DNA from: the human T2T-CHM13v2.0 reference genome, Homo sapiens
Reading direction: 5' to 3' (one strand)
Length of the DNA stretch: 64,000 nt
Assembly (NCBI RefSeq): GCF_009914755.1
Contig: NC_060941.1
Shown: in pieces, positions 21,770 to 46,857 of the stretch
Position numbering within the stretch: position 1 is the stretch's first letter
Layout: every line of letters starts with the position of its first letter
Notes under the pieces: generated by a model
What the model was told of the DNA's origin: nothing
The model's database searches: none
What the model saw: the letters and a program-made list of their open reading frames with translations, nothing else
Position numbers and translations under genes: made by a program

Positions 21770-23629
21770 GAGGGTTCGCCAACTATAGCTAGCAAGTCAA
21801 ATCCTGCTGTTTTTATTTTGAGAAGGGGACTCTGTCCCCCAAGCTGGAGTCCAGTGGCCTGAACACGGCTTCTCTGTAGCCTTGACTTCCTAGGCTCAAG
21901 CAATCCTCCTGCCCCAGCCTCCTACGTAGCTGGGATCACAAGATGCGCACCACTACGCCTGGCTGTTTTTGATTTTTTGTAGAGGTGGGGATCTCACTTT
22001 TTTGCCCAGGCTGGTCTCAGACTCCTGGGCTCAAGTGATCCTCCTGCCTCGGCCTCCACAAGTGCTGAGATTACTGGTGTGAGCCAGCATGCCCGGCCTG
22101 CCACCTGATTTTGTACCATAAGCCTAAAAATGTTTGTTGTTTGTTTTTTCAATTTTTAGTGGTCGAAAAATCAAAATAAAATGTTTTGTAAAATAATTTT
22201 ATAAAATCCATTTGATAAATTAATAATTTGTAAAAAAAAAAAAAAAAAAGGTGAAATTCAAATTTTAGTGTCCATAAAGTTTTGTTGGAACAAAACCATA
22301 TCTTTTTCTTTCTTTTTTTTTCACATTTTCCTTTAAAATTTTGTTTTTGTTTTTGTTTGCATCCAAAACTGAAAGAAAGAATGCAAGCTGTGGGAGGCAG
22401 GCCATTGCATCAAGTGGTGGCTCCTGGGAGTTTGTGTGGCCCCACCCCCCACCCACCCCTGGCCACTTCAGCACAGAGGCTGGGAAGGGTCTGGGGGCCC
22501 TGGAAGCAGAGCCAAGGTCCCATTTTCTTGCTTGGGCGAAGCTCAGCCGGCAGGGCCGTGGCCCCCTTCATAGGGGGAGGTGGCTGTCATGGGGGACAAG
22601 GGCTGCTGCTCTCCTGTGCTGAGTTCCCTCTCTGGGGCCCGCAGTGTTGGTGGCTGCAGCGGCAGAGCCATGGGGAAGCTGGCCATGTAGAAGATGTGGC
22701 CCAGGCGCCTGGCCACCTGGGCCTGGGTCTTGAGGGCAGGCCCCAGCTTCAACCCCGTGGTGGTCAGCGGGTGCTCCCCCGTCAGCAGTGGCAGGGTCTC
22801 CCCTTCGATCCCCTGCTCCCTGAAGACCTGAGTATACTCTCCACAGCCAGACAGCCGCCCCTCCGCGAAGCTGCAGACATCATCCATGGTCCACTTGCTG
22901 ACGTCCTCAAGGGCTGGGGCCTCCTCCCCATCCACAGAGAGTCCCCCTGTGGCGCTGGGCCAGGTTCTGCTTCTGCAGGAGCTCCTGATGCCGGGCGAGC
23001 ATCTCCACTCGGGCAGGGGCAGGAATCCGTAGCCTGGGATCTGGCACAGAGGTGAGGGCACTCCCAGAAAGGGGGGCCTGAAATGGGGGCCCAGGGTGAT
23101 GTGAGGGGCATTCTGGGGCGACAGCAAGAGGGGGCGGCTGTGGCAGCTCCTTGTCAACAGTAGCGCAATGAGCGGCCTCTTTATATATTATATATTGTTT
23201 ATATATTGGGTTTTTTTTTTTTTTTTTTTTTTGAGACGTGGGTCTGGCTCTGTCGCCCAGGGTGGAGTGCAGTGATGTGATCACAGTTCACTGCTGCAGC
23301 CTCAACCTCCCAGGCTCAAGCTATCCTCCCACCTTAGCCTCCTGAGTAGCTGGGACCGCAGGTGTGTGCCACCATTCCTGGCTAATTTTTAAATTTGTGG
23401 TAGAATGAGGTCTTGCTGTTTTGCCCAGGCTGATCTCAAACTCCTGAGCTCAAGGGATCCTCATGCCTCAGCCTCCCAAAGTGCTGGATTAGTGAGCCGT
23501 GGCACTTACCTAGCCAGTATATTGTTTATTGTTGCTTTCTTACTGCAGTGGCAGAAGAGTTGCTACAGAATCTGAATGGCCCACAAAACCTAAAATACTT
23601 ACTATCTTTGCAGAGTTTGCTGACCCCTG
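21770..23629 (+). mobile_element. MER58B-like hAT-Charlie DNA transposon, split by two Alus and the SAMD11 retrocopy
   Basis: Termini AGGGGTTCGCCAACTA... and ...GTTTGCTGACCCCTG; internal GAAATTCAAATTTTAGTGTCCATAAAGTTTTGTTGGAAC and GGCCCACAAAACCTAAAATACTTACTATC; TCTAGA-type flanks. Confidence 0.75.
22301..23180 (-). pseudogene. SAMD11P1: Processed, 5'-truncated SAMD11 pseudogene including the SAM domain
   Basis: Minus-strand translation EEAPALEDVSKWTMDDVCSF...FREQGIEGETLPLLT...GLKLGPALK resembles the SAMD11 C-terminal SAM domain. It is intronless, has frameshifts and a premature stop at 22543, and has 3' UTR plus a poly(A) remnant (T-rich 22301-22321). Confidence 0.9.
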
Positions 23630-24180
23630 GTCTAGATACAAAGGGGAGAGAACATAAGATAGAAAGCAGCAAACTTAATATAGATGCAAAGAATGTGTCT
23701 GTATTACAACATCCCAGGAAGACTAGATAGTTATATAATGAACAAGGCAACTGTGTTTTCTTCTTGAAGGATTTTTAAAGACGACTTTTATAAAAGCTCT
23801 GTTGCCTAGGCGGGAGTGCAGTGGTGTCATCATGGCTCACCAAAGCCTTGAACTCCTGGGCTCAAGTGATCCTCCCACCTTAGCCTCCTGAGTAGCTAGG
23901 ACTACAGGCACATGCCACCATGCATGGCTAGATTTTATAATTTTTTCTTTTCTTTTTTTTTAGAGATGAGTCTTGCTGCGTTGCCCAGGCCGGTGTTAAA
24001 CTTCTGGCCTCAAGCAATCCTCCCACCTCAGCCTCCAAAGGGGCAAAGATTATAGTGCACCACCATTGCAGGCCAACATTAAAGTAAATTTAAAGGAAAA
24101 AAGTGACCCACAATCTTGAAAATCATACGAAAACAGTCAATGTTTGTCCTCACATTCCTTCCCACTATTTGTGGCATATG

Positions 24181-24482
24181 CAGTTGGCCGTCCATATCCA
24201 TGGGTTTTGTACTGTGGATTCAACCAACTCCAGATTGAAACTATTCAGACAAAATGATAGTTGTGTCAGTACTGAACATGCAGTTTTCCTGTCATTATTC
24301 CCTGAACAATACAATATAACAACTATTTACATAGCTTTTATTTTTTTAGGTATTCTAAGTAATCTAGAGATGATTTAAAGTATATGAGAGTATATGTGTA
24401 GGTTATATGCAAATACTAAGCCATTTTATATAAGGGATTCGAGCATTGTTTTATTGGTATCCGGGGGGTCCTGGAATGACTG
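24181..24482 (-). mobile_element. MER2 (TcMar-Tigger)
   Basis: CAGTTGGCC...GGATTCAACCAAC...AATCTAGAGATGATTTAAAG...GGTCCTGGAA..ACTG followed by TA. Confidence 0.75.
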
Positions 24483-24556
24483 TACATGTGTATAATATAC
24501 AACAACTGATATCAGATAGAAAGTACAAGGAAAAAGCGATTTATGACAAAATCTAA

Positions 24557-24865
<309 letters not shown>

Positions 24866-25490
24866 TGATCCCCCTGCCTTGGCCTCCCAAAATGCTGGGA
24901 TTACAGGCGTGAGCCACCGCGCCCAGCCTGAAACTTTCTCTTTTTAGAGGGGCAGTGAAGAAGTAGTCTTTGAGCACCCATCAACAAATGAACACATCTG
25001 GGATGAAGATTGTACCTAACATGTTTGATCAGTCTGGTGTGGCAATAAGGATGCACCCAGGAGGTGATAAGGAAATCCAGGAGGTGATAAGGTAGACAGA
25101 CTGAGAAAGAAGACACAAGGAGAGAAAAGTAAAGAGAGGAAAGATGAGCATTAATGAGGGTGCTTACAAGCGGCAGAGGCAGTGAATACAAAAACTTAGT
25201 GGAAAGAAAGCAACGACGAAACAAGAATAGGATGAGTTCTCAGTTACCTACTTTATTCTTCAAATAGCCCTTATTCAGCACATCTTTCTTGTTTGTTGTA
25301 GAATGGAGAGCAGTTTATTACATTTGATAATCCTTGAAAGCATTAATTTGCTTGGAGGGTACCCAGGGAGTAGAGTTCAAGCAGTATGAAGAGTGAAGAA
25401 TATTCATTCTGGTAGAGTTTAGTGACAGACTAAGCTTATATTAATAACGGTTCTATATTATAGAAGAATACTACTGCTGGAGTATGGCAG

Positions 25491-25909
25491 TATATTAGGT
25501 TTCTCCAGAGAAGCAAGGCCAATAGGGTGTGTGTGTGTAGAGATTGACTGGTTGATTGATGTTTGAGGAATTGGCTCATGCTATTGTGAAGGCTTGCAAG
25601 TTCAAAATCTGTAGGGTAGGCTGACAGGCCGGGGACCTGGGGAAGAGGTGATGTTGCATCTCAAGTCCAAACGCAGTCTTTTGGCAGAATTCTATCTTAC
25701 TTGGGAAATCAGTCTTTTCTTTTTCTCTTAAGGTCTTCAACTGATAGAATAAGGCCCGCCCACATTATAAAGATAATTGACTTTACTCTGAGTCTGCTGA
25801 CTTAAATGTTAATTGTATCTGAAGAAATATCTTCACAGCAACATCTAAACTATTGTTTGATCAAATATACTGGGCCTAGCCAAGTTGGAATGTAAAATTA
25901 ACCATCACA
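25491..25909 (-). mobile_element. MLT2 (ERVL) solo LTR, MLT2D-like
   Basis: TATATTAGGTTTCTCCAGAGAA...GAGGAATTGGCTCATG...AAATTAACCATCACA termini. Confidence 0.75.
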
Positions 25910-25971
25910 AGACTGTAATAGAAACCATCTCATAATGTACATTTGGGACTTATGGTGAAAGGCAAAGGGCA

Positions 25972-30062
<4,091 letters not shown>

Positions 30063-30321
30063 GTTGCTTTTACTTTTCTAACTGAAATTCAGATTTTAAT
30101 TCACTAAATTGTAGGCAAAACATCTTTAATTCTTTACCAGCTTTTTTAAAAAATAGATTTTTTCCTTTAATAGATTGTGTACAAAACTAAAGATAATTGA
30201 ATAAAATGGCAAAAATTGTTGAAAACAAGAGTATATCTGTGATATGAATAGTCATACATATTAATAAAAATCTTCTGTCTCATAAATGAATTTGAAAAAA
30301 TGCTGTTATTTTGAAACTACC

Positions 30322-30576
30322 TTTTTTTTTTAAGTTGAGGTGTATATGTGCAGGTTTGTTACATAGGTTAAGCCTAGTACCCATTCGTTATTTTTGCTGA
30401 TTCTCTCCCTCCTACCATCCTTCACCCTCCGAAAGGCCCCAGTGTGTGTGGTTTCCCTCTATGTGTCCACATGTTCTCATCATTTAGCTCCCGCTTGTAA
30501 GTGAGAACATGCGCTATTTGGCTTTGCAATCCTGTGTTAGTTTGTTAAGGATAATGGCCTCCAGTTCCATCCATGT
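30322..30576 (-). mobile_element. Short 3' fragment of an older L1PA (about L1PA13-16)
   Basis: T-tail, then GTGCAGGTTTGTTACATAGGT...GTGAGAACATG...GCCTCCAGTTCCATCCATGT. Confidence 0.75.
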
Positions 30577-30796
30577 GGAATTACTATTCTAAACATCTGG
30601 TAACTTGCAAGGTGTCATGGAACCCAGCTTATCAGGAAACATTGCTTAACAGATTCTTGAAAGCAACTGGCCTGAAAAGATACTTAGTTCTTGACTGAGA
30701 ATAACTTCTGCCTTGCTTCATTGCTGCATCTGGAAAATATTTGGATTAAGAGCCATAATATATAATACGTGCTATTCAAGCATGGTAGATAATCTG

Positions 30797-30832
<36 letters not shown>

Positions 30833-31008
30833 AGACAGGGTCACCCTCTGTTGCCCAGGCTGGAGTGCAGTGGCGTCATCTCAGCTCACTGCAACCTCTG
30901 CATCCCAGGCTGTTGCCCTCCCACCTCAGCCTTCTGAGTAGCTGAGACTACAGGCGTGCGCCACTATGTCCAGCTAATTTTTGTATTTTTTAGTAGAGAT
31001 GGGGTGTA

Positions 31009-33918
31009 TGTATTCGTTCGTTTTCACGTTGCTGATAAAGGCATAACCGAAACTGGGAACAAAAAGAGGTTTAATTGGACTTACAGTTCCACATGGCTGG
31101 GGAGGCTTCAGAATCATGGCAGGAGGCGAAAGGCACCTATTACATTGTGGTGGCAAGAGAAAAATGAGGAAGAAGCAAAACCAGAAACAAGATAATCCCA
31201 TCCGATCTCGTGAGACTTATTCACTATCACGAGAATAGCATGGGAAAGACCAGCCTCCATGATTCAGTTACCTCCCCCTGGGTCTCTCCTGCAACACGTG
31301 GGAATTCTGAGAGCTACAGTGCAAGTTGAGATTTGGGTGAGGACACAGCCAAACCATATCATTCCACCCCTGGTCCCTCCATATCTCATGTCCTCCCTTT
31401 CAAAACCAATCTTGCCTTCCCAGCAGTCCTGCAAAGTCTTAACTCATTTCAGCATTAACCCAAAAGTCCACAGTCCAAAGTCTTATTTGAGACAAGGCAA
31501 GTCCCTTCTGCCTATGAGCCTGTAAAATGAAAAGCAAACTAGTTACTTCCTAGATACAATGGGGGTATAGGTATTGGGTAAATGCAGCCATTCCAAATGG
31601 GAGAAATTGGCTAAAACAAAGGGGTTACAGGGCCCATGCAAGTCCAGAATCCAGCGGGACAGTCAAATTTTAAAGCTCCAAAATAATCTCCTTTGACTCC
31701 AGGTCTCAGATCCAGGTCACGCTGATGCAAGAGGTGGGTTCCCATGGTCTTGGGCAGCTCTGCTCCTGCGGCTTTGCAGGGTACGGCCTCCCTCCTGTCT
31801 GCTTTCACCGGCTGGCCTTGAGTGTCTGCAGCTTTTCCAGGCGACAGTGCAAGCTGTCGGTGGATCTACCATTCTGGGGTCTGGAAGACAGTGGCCCTCT
31901 TCTCACAGCTGGGACTCACAGTAGGGACTCGTATGGGGGGCTCTGACCCCACATTTCCCTTCAGCACTGCCTTAGCAGAGGTTCTCCATGAGGGCCCTGT
32001 CCCTGCAGCAAACTTTTGCCTGGGCATCTGGACGTTTCCATACATCTTCTGAAATCAAGTTGGAGGTTCCCAAACCTCAATTCTTGACTTCTGTGAACCC
32101 ACTTGCTCAACACCACGTGGAAGCTGCCAAGGCTTGGGGCTTCCACCCTCTGAAGCCACAGCCTGAGCTGTACGTCAGCCCCTTTCAGCCACAGCTGGAG
32201 TGGCTGGGACACAGGGTACCAAGTCCCTAGGCTGCACACAGCATGGGGACCCTGGGCCCAGCTCATGAAACCACTTTTTTCTCCTGGGCCTCCAGGCCTG
32301 TGATGGGAGGGGCTGCTGCCAGGAAGTTCTCTGACATGGACTGGAGACATTTTCTCCATAGTCTTGGGGATTAACATTAGGCTCCTTGCTTCTTATGCAG
32401 ATTTCTGCAGCCAGCTTGAATTTCTCCCCAGAAAATGGGTTTTTCCTTTCTTTTTTTTTTTTTTTTTTTTTCCCTGAGAGGGAGTCTCACTCTGTCGCCC
32501 GGGCTGGAGTGCAGTGGCATGATCTTGGCTCCGCCTCCTGGATTCATGCCATTCTCTTGACTCAGCCTCCCGAGTAGCTGGGACTACAGGTGACCACCAC
32601 CACACCCGGCTAATTTTTTGTATTTTTAGTAGAGACAGGGTTTCAGCATGTTAGCCAGGATGGTCTCAATCTCCTGACCTTGTGATCTACCCGCCTTGGC
32701 CTCCCAAAGTCCTGGGATTACAGGCGTGAGCCACTGCGTCTGGCCAAAAAATGTTGTTTTTTTTTCTATCATATAGTCAGGCTGCAAATTTTCTAAACTT
32801 TCATGCTCTACTTCCCCGTTTTTTTTTTTTTTAAAGATGGAGTCTTGCTCTGTCGCCCAGGCTGGACTGCAGTGGTGCGATCTCTGCTCACTGAAACCTC
32901 CACCTCCTGGGTTGAAGTGATTCTCCTGCCTCAGCCTCCAGGTAGCTGGGATCCCAGCCACAGTAGCTGGGATTAGCCACCACTCCTGGCTAATTTTTGT
33001 GTTTTTAGTAGAGATGGGGTTTCACCATGTTGGCCAGGCTGGTCTCGAAACTGCTGACTTCAGAGGATCCGCCCACCTTGGCGTCCCAAAATGCTAGGAT
33101 TACAGGCGTGAGCCACTGCCCCTGGTTGCTCTGCTTCCCTTTGAAAACGAAATACTTTTCAAACACCCAGGTCACCTTTTGGATGCTTTACTGCTTAGAA
33201 ATTTCTTTTGCCAGATACCCTAAATCATCTTTCTCAAGTTCAAAGTTCCACAAATCTCTAGGGCAGGGGCAAAATGCTGCCAGTCTCTTTGCTAAAACAT
33301 AATAAGAGTCACCTTTGCTCCAGTTCCCAACGAACTCCTCATTTCCATCTGAGACCACCTCAGCCTGGACCTTATTGTTCATATCACCATCAGCATTTTT
33401 GTAAAAGTCATTCAACAAGTCTCTAGGAGATTCTAAACTTTCCCAGGTTTTCCTGTCTTCTGAGCCCTCCAAACTGTTCCAAACTCTGCCTGTTACCCAC
33501 TTCCAAAGTCACTTCCTCATTTCCGGGTATCTTTTCAGCAATTCCGCGTTCTACTGTTACCAGTTTACTGTATTAGTTCGTTTTCTTGCTGCTGATACAG
33601 ACATACCCGAAACTGGGAACAAGAAAAGGTTTAATTGGACTTGTAGTTCCACATGGCTGGGGAGGCCTCAGAATCATGATAGGAAGTGAAAGGCACTTCT
33701 TACATGTCAGGGGCAAGAGAAAAATGAGGAAGAAGCAAAAATGGAAACCCCTGATAAACCTGTCAGATCTTGTGAGACTTACTATCGCAACAATAGCACA
33801 GGAAAGACTGGCCCCGTGATTCAGTTACCTCCCGCTGGGTCCCTTCCGTAACACATGGGAATTCTGGGAGATACAAGTCAAGTTGAGATTTCTGTGGGGA
33901 CGCAGCCAAACCATATCA
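31009..33918 (-). mobile_element. Full-length THE1C-like MaLR provirus (LTRs 31009-31361 and 33569-33918, internal region between)
   Basis: Two ~350-bp direct repeats TGTATT..GTTTTC...CAGCCAAACCATATCA flanking THE1-int. It interrupts an AluJ and itself contains two Alus. Confidence 0.9.
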
Positions 33919-34830
33919 CCTGGTTTCTCTGTGTTGCCCAGGCTAGTCTTGAACTCCTGGGCTCAAGCGATCTGCATGCCTCGGTCCATCAAAATATTGG
34001 AATTACAGGCTTGAGCCACTGTGCCCGGCCTCTGCTGACCTTTTAAATAAAGCTTTGGCAAGTGACAGTTTGAGGTTAGGAACCATTGATAATTGATGAA
34101 TTACCGGATAAGTCTTTATTTCTTCCTTCTACATCTGATAATAAATCCGATGATTTCCATTTTCATGTCATTGCGCCTCTACTGTTAACATATAATTATT
34201 TATACTTTCTATTTTTTTTTTTTTAACTCTTCCACTTTCTCTTTTTGTGGTGGGGTACTTACCCTAGCAATAAACACATTGTTGTCTTAGATGCTGCATT
34301 GGATAGCAGATACGTGGATATAGTATTAGACTAGAGAATGCTTAAGAATTCTGCATTCCAAAAGCATACTAAAGCCTCTGTTTCTAGTGCTTAAGCAACA
34401 GTGTCCTTGATATCAGTCTAAGAAAGTCTGGATATTGACATGCAAATGAAAAAATCAGACTCTTTGAATTTTGTTTGTCATATATGCAAGTAGCTTAAAA
34501 GAATATTGGAATACTGCCAAAATACATTTCAAAAATATTAAATCTTCTTATTCGTTATTTTGACTTTGGAAAGATTTGTGAACCCCCTTAAAATACATGC
34601 AATATTTTGTTTATTTTCATATGTGCTTCTTTGAGAGGAAAGATCTTAGCTTTCATTATATTCTCAAAGGAGTCCAGTAACCTCAAAAAAGGTTAAGAAC
34701 TTCTATACCAGGTAGTATGAAAATATTGCCTGATTTATTTGTACTGTTGGTTAATGTAGATTGTTCGTTGCAAAATATTCTAAACTCTTTCTTTAAAAAA
34801 TGTTTACTCCATTTAAGAACCATTTATTAG

Positions 34831-36048
<1,218 letters not shown>

Positions 36049-39000
36049 TGCAATTTTTTATATGTTTGTTGGCCATTTGTATATCTTCTTTTGAGAATTG
36101 TCTCTTCATGTCCTTAGCCAACTTTTTGATGGGATTGTTTGTTTTTTCTTACTGACTTGTTTGAGTTCATTGTAGATTCTGGATATCAGTCCTTTGTCAG
36201 ATGTATAGATTGTGAAGATTTTCTCCCACCCTGTGGGTTGTCTGTTTACTCTGCTGATTGTTCCTTTTGCCATCCAAAAGCTCTTCAGTTTAATTAGGTC
36301 CCAGCTATTTATCTTTGTTTTTATTGCATTTGCTTTTGGGTTCTTGGTCATGAGATCCTTGCCTAAGCCAATGTCTAGAAGGGTTTTTCCAGTGTTACCT
36401 TCTAGAATTTTTAGTTTCAGGTCTTAGGTTTAAGTCCTTAATTCATCCTGAGTTGATTTTTGTATAAGGTGAGAGATGAGGATCCAGTTTCATTTTCCTG
36501 TATGTGGCTAGCCAGTTATCTCAGCACTATTTATTGAAAAGGGTGTCCTTTCCCTACTTTATGTGTTTGTTTGCTTTGTTGAAGATCAGTTGGCTGTAAG
36601 TATTTGGGTTTATTTCTGGGTTCTCCATTCTGTTCCATTGGTCTATGTGCCTATTTTTTACCAGTGCCACGCTGTTTTGGTGACTATGGCCTTATAGTAT
36701 AGTTTGAAAGCAGATAGTGTGATGCCTCCAGATTTGTTCTTTTTGCTTAGTCTTACTTTGGCTATGCAGTCTCTTTTTTGGTTCCACATAAATTTTAGAA
36801 TCATTTTTTGTAATTCTATGAAGAATGATGGTATTTTGATGGGGATTGTGTTGAATTTGTAGATTGCTTTTGGCAGTATGGTCATTTTCACAATATTCTA
36901 CCCATCCATGAGCATGGGATGTGTTTCCATTTGTTTGTGTCATCTCTGATTTCTTTTGGCAACATTTTATAGTTTTCCTTGTAGATGTCTTTCAACTCCT
37001 TGGTTAGGTATATTCCTAAGTATTTTATTTGTGGCTATTGTAAAAGGGGTTGAGTTCTTGATTTGATCCTCTGCTTAGTTGCTCTTGGTGTATAGAAGAG
37101 CTACTGATTTGTGTACATTAATCTTGAATCCAGAAACTTTGCCGAATTCTTTTATCAGTTCTAGGAGCTATCTGAGGAGTCTTTAGGGTTTTCAAGGTAA
37201 ACGATCATATCGTCAGCAAACAGTGACAGTTTGACTTCCTCTTTACTGACTTGGATGCCCTTTATTTCTTTCTCTTGTCTGATTGCTCTGGCTAGGACTT
37301 CCAGTACTATGTTGAAGAGGAGCGGTGAGAGTGGGCATCCTTGTCTTGTTCGAGTTCTCAGAGGGAATGCTTTCAACTTTTCCCCTTTCATTATTATGTT
37401 GGCTGTGGGTTTGTCATAGTTGGCTTTTATTATGTTATTTCCCTTGTATGCTGATTTTGCAGAGAGTTTTAATTATAAAGGGATTCTGGATTTTGTTGAA
37501 CGCTTTTTCTACATCTATTGAGATGATCATGTGGTTTTTGTTTTTAATTCTGTATGTATTGTATCACATTTATTGACCTGCATATATTAAACCATCCCTG
37601 CATCCCTAATATGAAACCTACTTGATCATGGTGGATCAACACATCTTTTTGATATGTTGTTGGATTTGGTTAGCTAGTATTTTTTTAAGGATTTTAGCAT
37701 CTATGTTCATTAAGGATATTGGTCTGTAGTTTTCTTTTTTTGGTTGTTTGGTTGTAGTTTCCTTTCCTGGTTTTGGTATTAGGGTGATGCTGGCTTCATA
37801 AAATGAATTAGGGAGGGCTCCTTCTTTCTCTGTCTTGTGGAATATTATCAAAAGAATTGGTACCAACTCTTCTTTGAATGTCTGATAGAATTCTGCTGTG
37901 AATCCGTCTGGTCCTGGACCTTTTTTTGTTGGTAATTTCTTAATTACCGTTTCAGTGTCACTGCTTGTTATTGGTCTGTTCAGCGTATCTAATTCTTCCT
38001 GATTTATGTGAGGAGGGTTGTGTTTTTCCAAGAATTTATCCATCTCTTTTAGGTTTTCTCATTTATGTGTGTAAAGGTGCTCACAGTAGCCTTGAATGAT
38101 CTTTTGTATTTCTGTGGTGTCAGTTGTAATATCTCCTGTTTCATTTCTTAGTGAGGTTATTTGGATTTTCTCTCTGCTTTCCTTGGTTAATCTTGCTAAT
38201 GGTCTATCAATTTTGTTTTATCTTTTCAAAGAACCAGCTTGTTTCATTTATCTTTTGTACTGTGTTTTTTTGTTTGTTTGTTTCAATTTCATTTAGTTCT
38301 GCTCTGATCTTGGTTATTTATTTTCTTCTGCTGGGTTTGGGTTTGGTTTGTTCCTCTTTCTCTAGTTCCTTGAGGTGTGACCTTAGATTGTCTGTGCTCT
38401 TTCAGACTTTTTGATGTAGGCGTTTAGGGCTATGAACTTTCCTCTTAGCACTGCGTTTGCTGTATCCCAGAGGTTTTGATAGGGTGTGTCATTATTGTCA
38501 TTCAGTTCAAAGAATTTTTTAATTTCCATCTTGATTTCATTTTTGACCCAGTGCTCATTCAGGAACAGGTTATTTAATTTCCATGTATTTGCATGGTTTT
38601 GAAGGTTCATTTTGGAGTTTATTTTCAGTTTTATTCCATCGTGGTCTGAGAGAGTGCTTGATATAATTTCAATTTTCTTAAATTTATTGATGCTCGTTTT
38701 GTGGTCTGCTTTGGAGAAAGTTCCATGGGCTGTTGAATAGAATGTGTATTCTGTGGTTATTGGATGAGATGTTCTGTGTATATCTGTTAAGTCCATTTGT
38801 TCCAGGGTATAGTTTAAATCCGTTGTTCCTTTGTTGACTTTCTGTCTTGATGACCTGTCTAGTGCTGTCAGTGGAGTATTGAAGTCCCCCACTATTATTG
38901 TGTTGCTGTCTGTCTCATTTCTTAGGTCTATTAGTAATTGTTTTATAAATTTGGGCACTCCAGTGTTAGATGCATATATGTTTAGGATTGTGGTATTTTC

Positions 39001-40156
39001 CTGTTGGACAAGGCCTTTTACTATTATATAACGTCCCTCTTTTTCTCTTTTAACCGCTGTTGCTTTAAAATTTGTTTTGTCTGATATGAGAATAGCTGCC
39101 CCTGCTTGCTTTTGGTGTCCATTTGCATGAAATGCCCTTTTCCACCCCTTTACTTTAAATTTATGTGAGTCCTTATGCTTTAGGTGAGTCTCCTGAACAG
39201 GAGGCTGCAGATGGTTGGTGAGTTCTTACTCAGTCTGCAGTTCTGCATCTTTTAAGTGGAGTATTTAGTCCATTTCCATTCAATGTTAGTATTGAAATGT
39301 GAGGTACCGCGGCATTCATCATGCTCTTTGTTGCCTGTGTACTTTGGGTTTTTTTGTTTTTTGCTTTTGCTTTTTAACTTGAATTTTTGTTTTGTAGGTC
39401 CTATGTGATTTATGCTTTAAAGAGGTTCTGTTTTGATGTGTTTCAAGGATTTGTTTCAAGATTTAGAGCTCCGTTTAGCAGTTCTTGTAATGGTGGCTTG
39501 GTAATGGTGAATTCTCTCAGCATTTGTTTGTCTGAAAATGACTGTAGCTTTCCTTCATACACGATGCTTGGTTTCACTGGATATAAAATTCTTGGCTGAT
39601 AATTGTTTTGTTTGAGGAGGCCGAAGATAAGGCCCTAATCCCTTCTAGCTTGTAGGGTTTTTGCTGAGAAATCTGCTGTTAAACTGATAGGTTTTCCTTT
39701 ATAGGTTACCTGGTGCTTCTGTCTCACAGCTCTTAAGATTCTTTCCTTTGTCTTAACTTTGGATAACCTGATGACAGTGTGCCTAGTGAAGATCTTTTTG
39801 CAGTGACTTTCCCAGGTGTTCTTTGTGCTTCTTGTATTTGAATGTCTAGGTCTCTAGCAGGGCCGGGGGAGTTTCCTCAGTTATTCTCCCAAATATGTTT
39901 TCCACGCTTTTAGAGTTCTCTTCTTCCTCAGGAACACTGATTATTCTTAGGTTTGGTCGTTTAAGATAATCCCAGACGTCTTGGAAGCTTTGTTCATATT
40001 TTCTTATTCTTTTTTCTTTGTCTTTGTTGGGTTGGGTTACTGTCTTCAAGCTGGTAATTGAAAATAGACATGATTTAAATATCTAGCCATAAAAGATTGT
40101 TAAAAATAGTACATCCACATGATCAAATATCATTCAGTCATTAAAAATTATGACAA

Positions 40157-46857
<6,701 letters not shown>

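Noticed and set aside
22282-23055. 257-aa + strand ORF
   Set aside because: Antisense shadow of the GC-rich SAMD11 retrocopy; it starts at TTG and runs through the poly-T tail.
22543-23157. 204-aa SAM-domain ORF as a functional retrogene
   Set aside because: Non-ATG start, frameshifted patchwork, premature stop, substitutions in the SAM core and no evident promoter.
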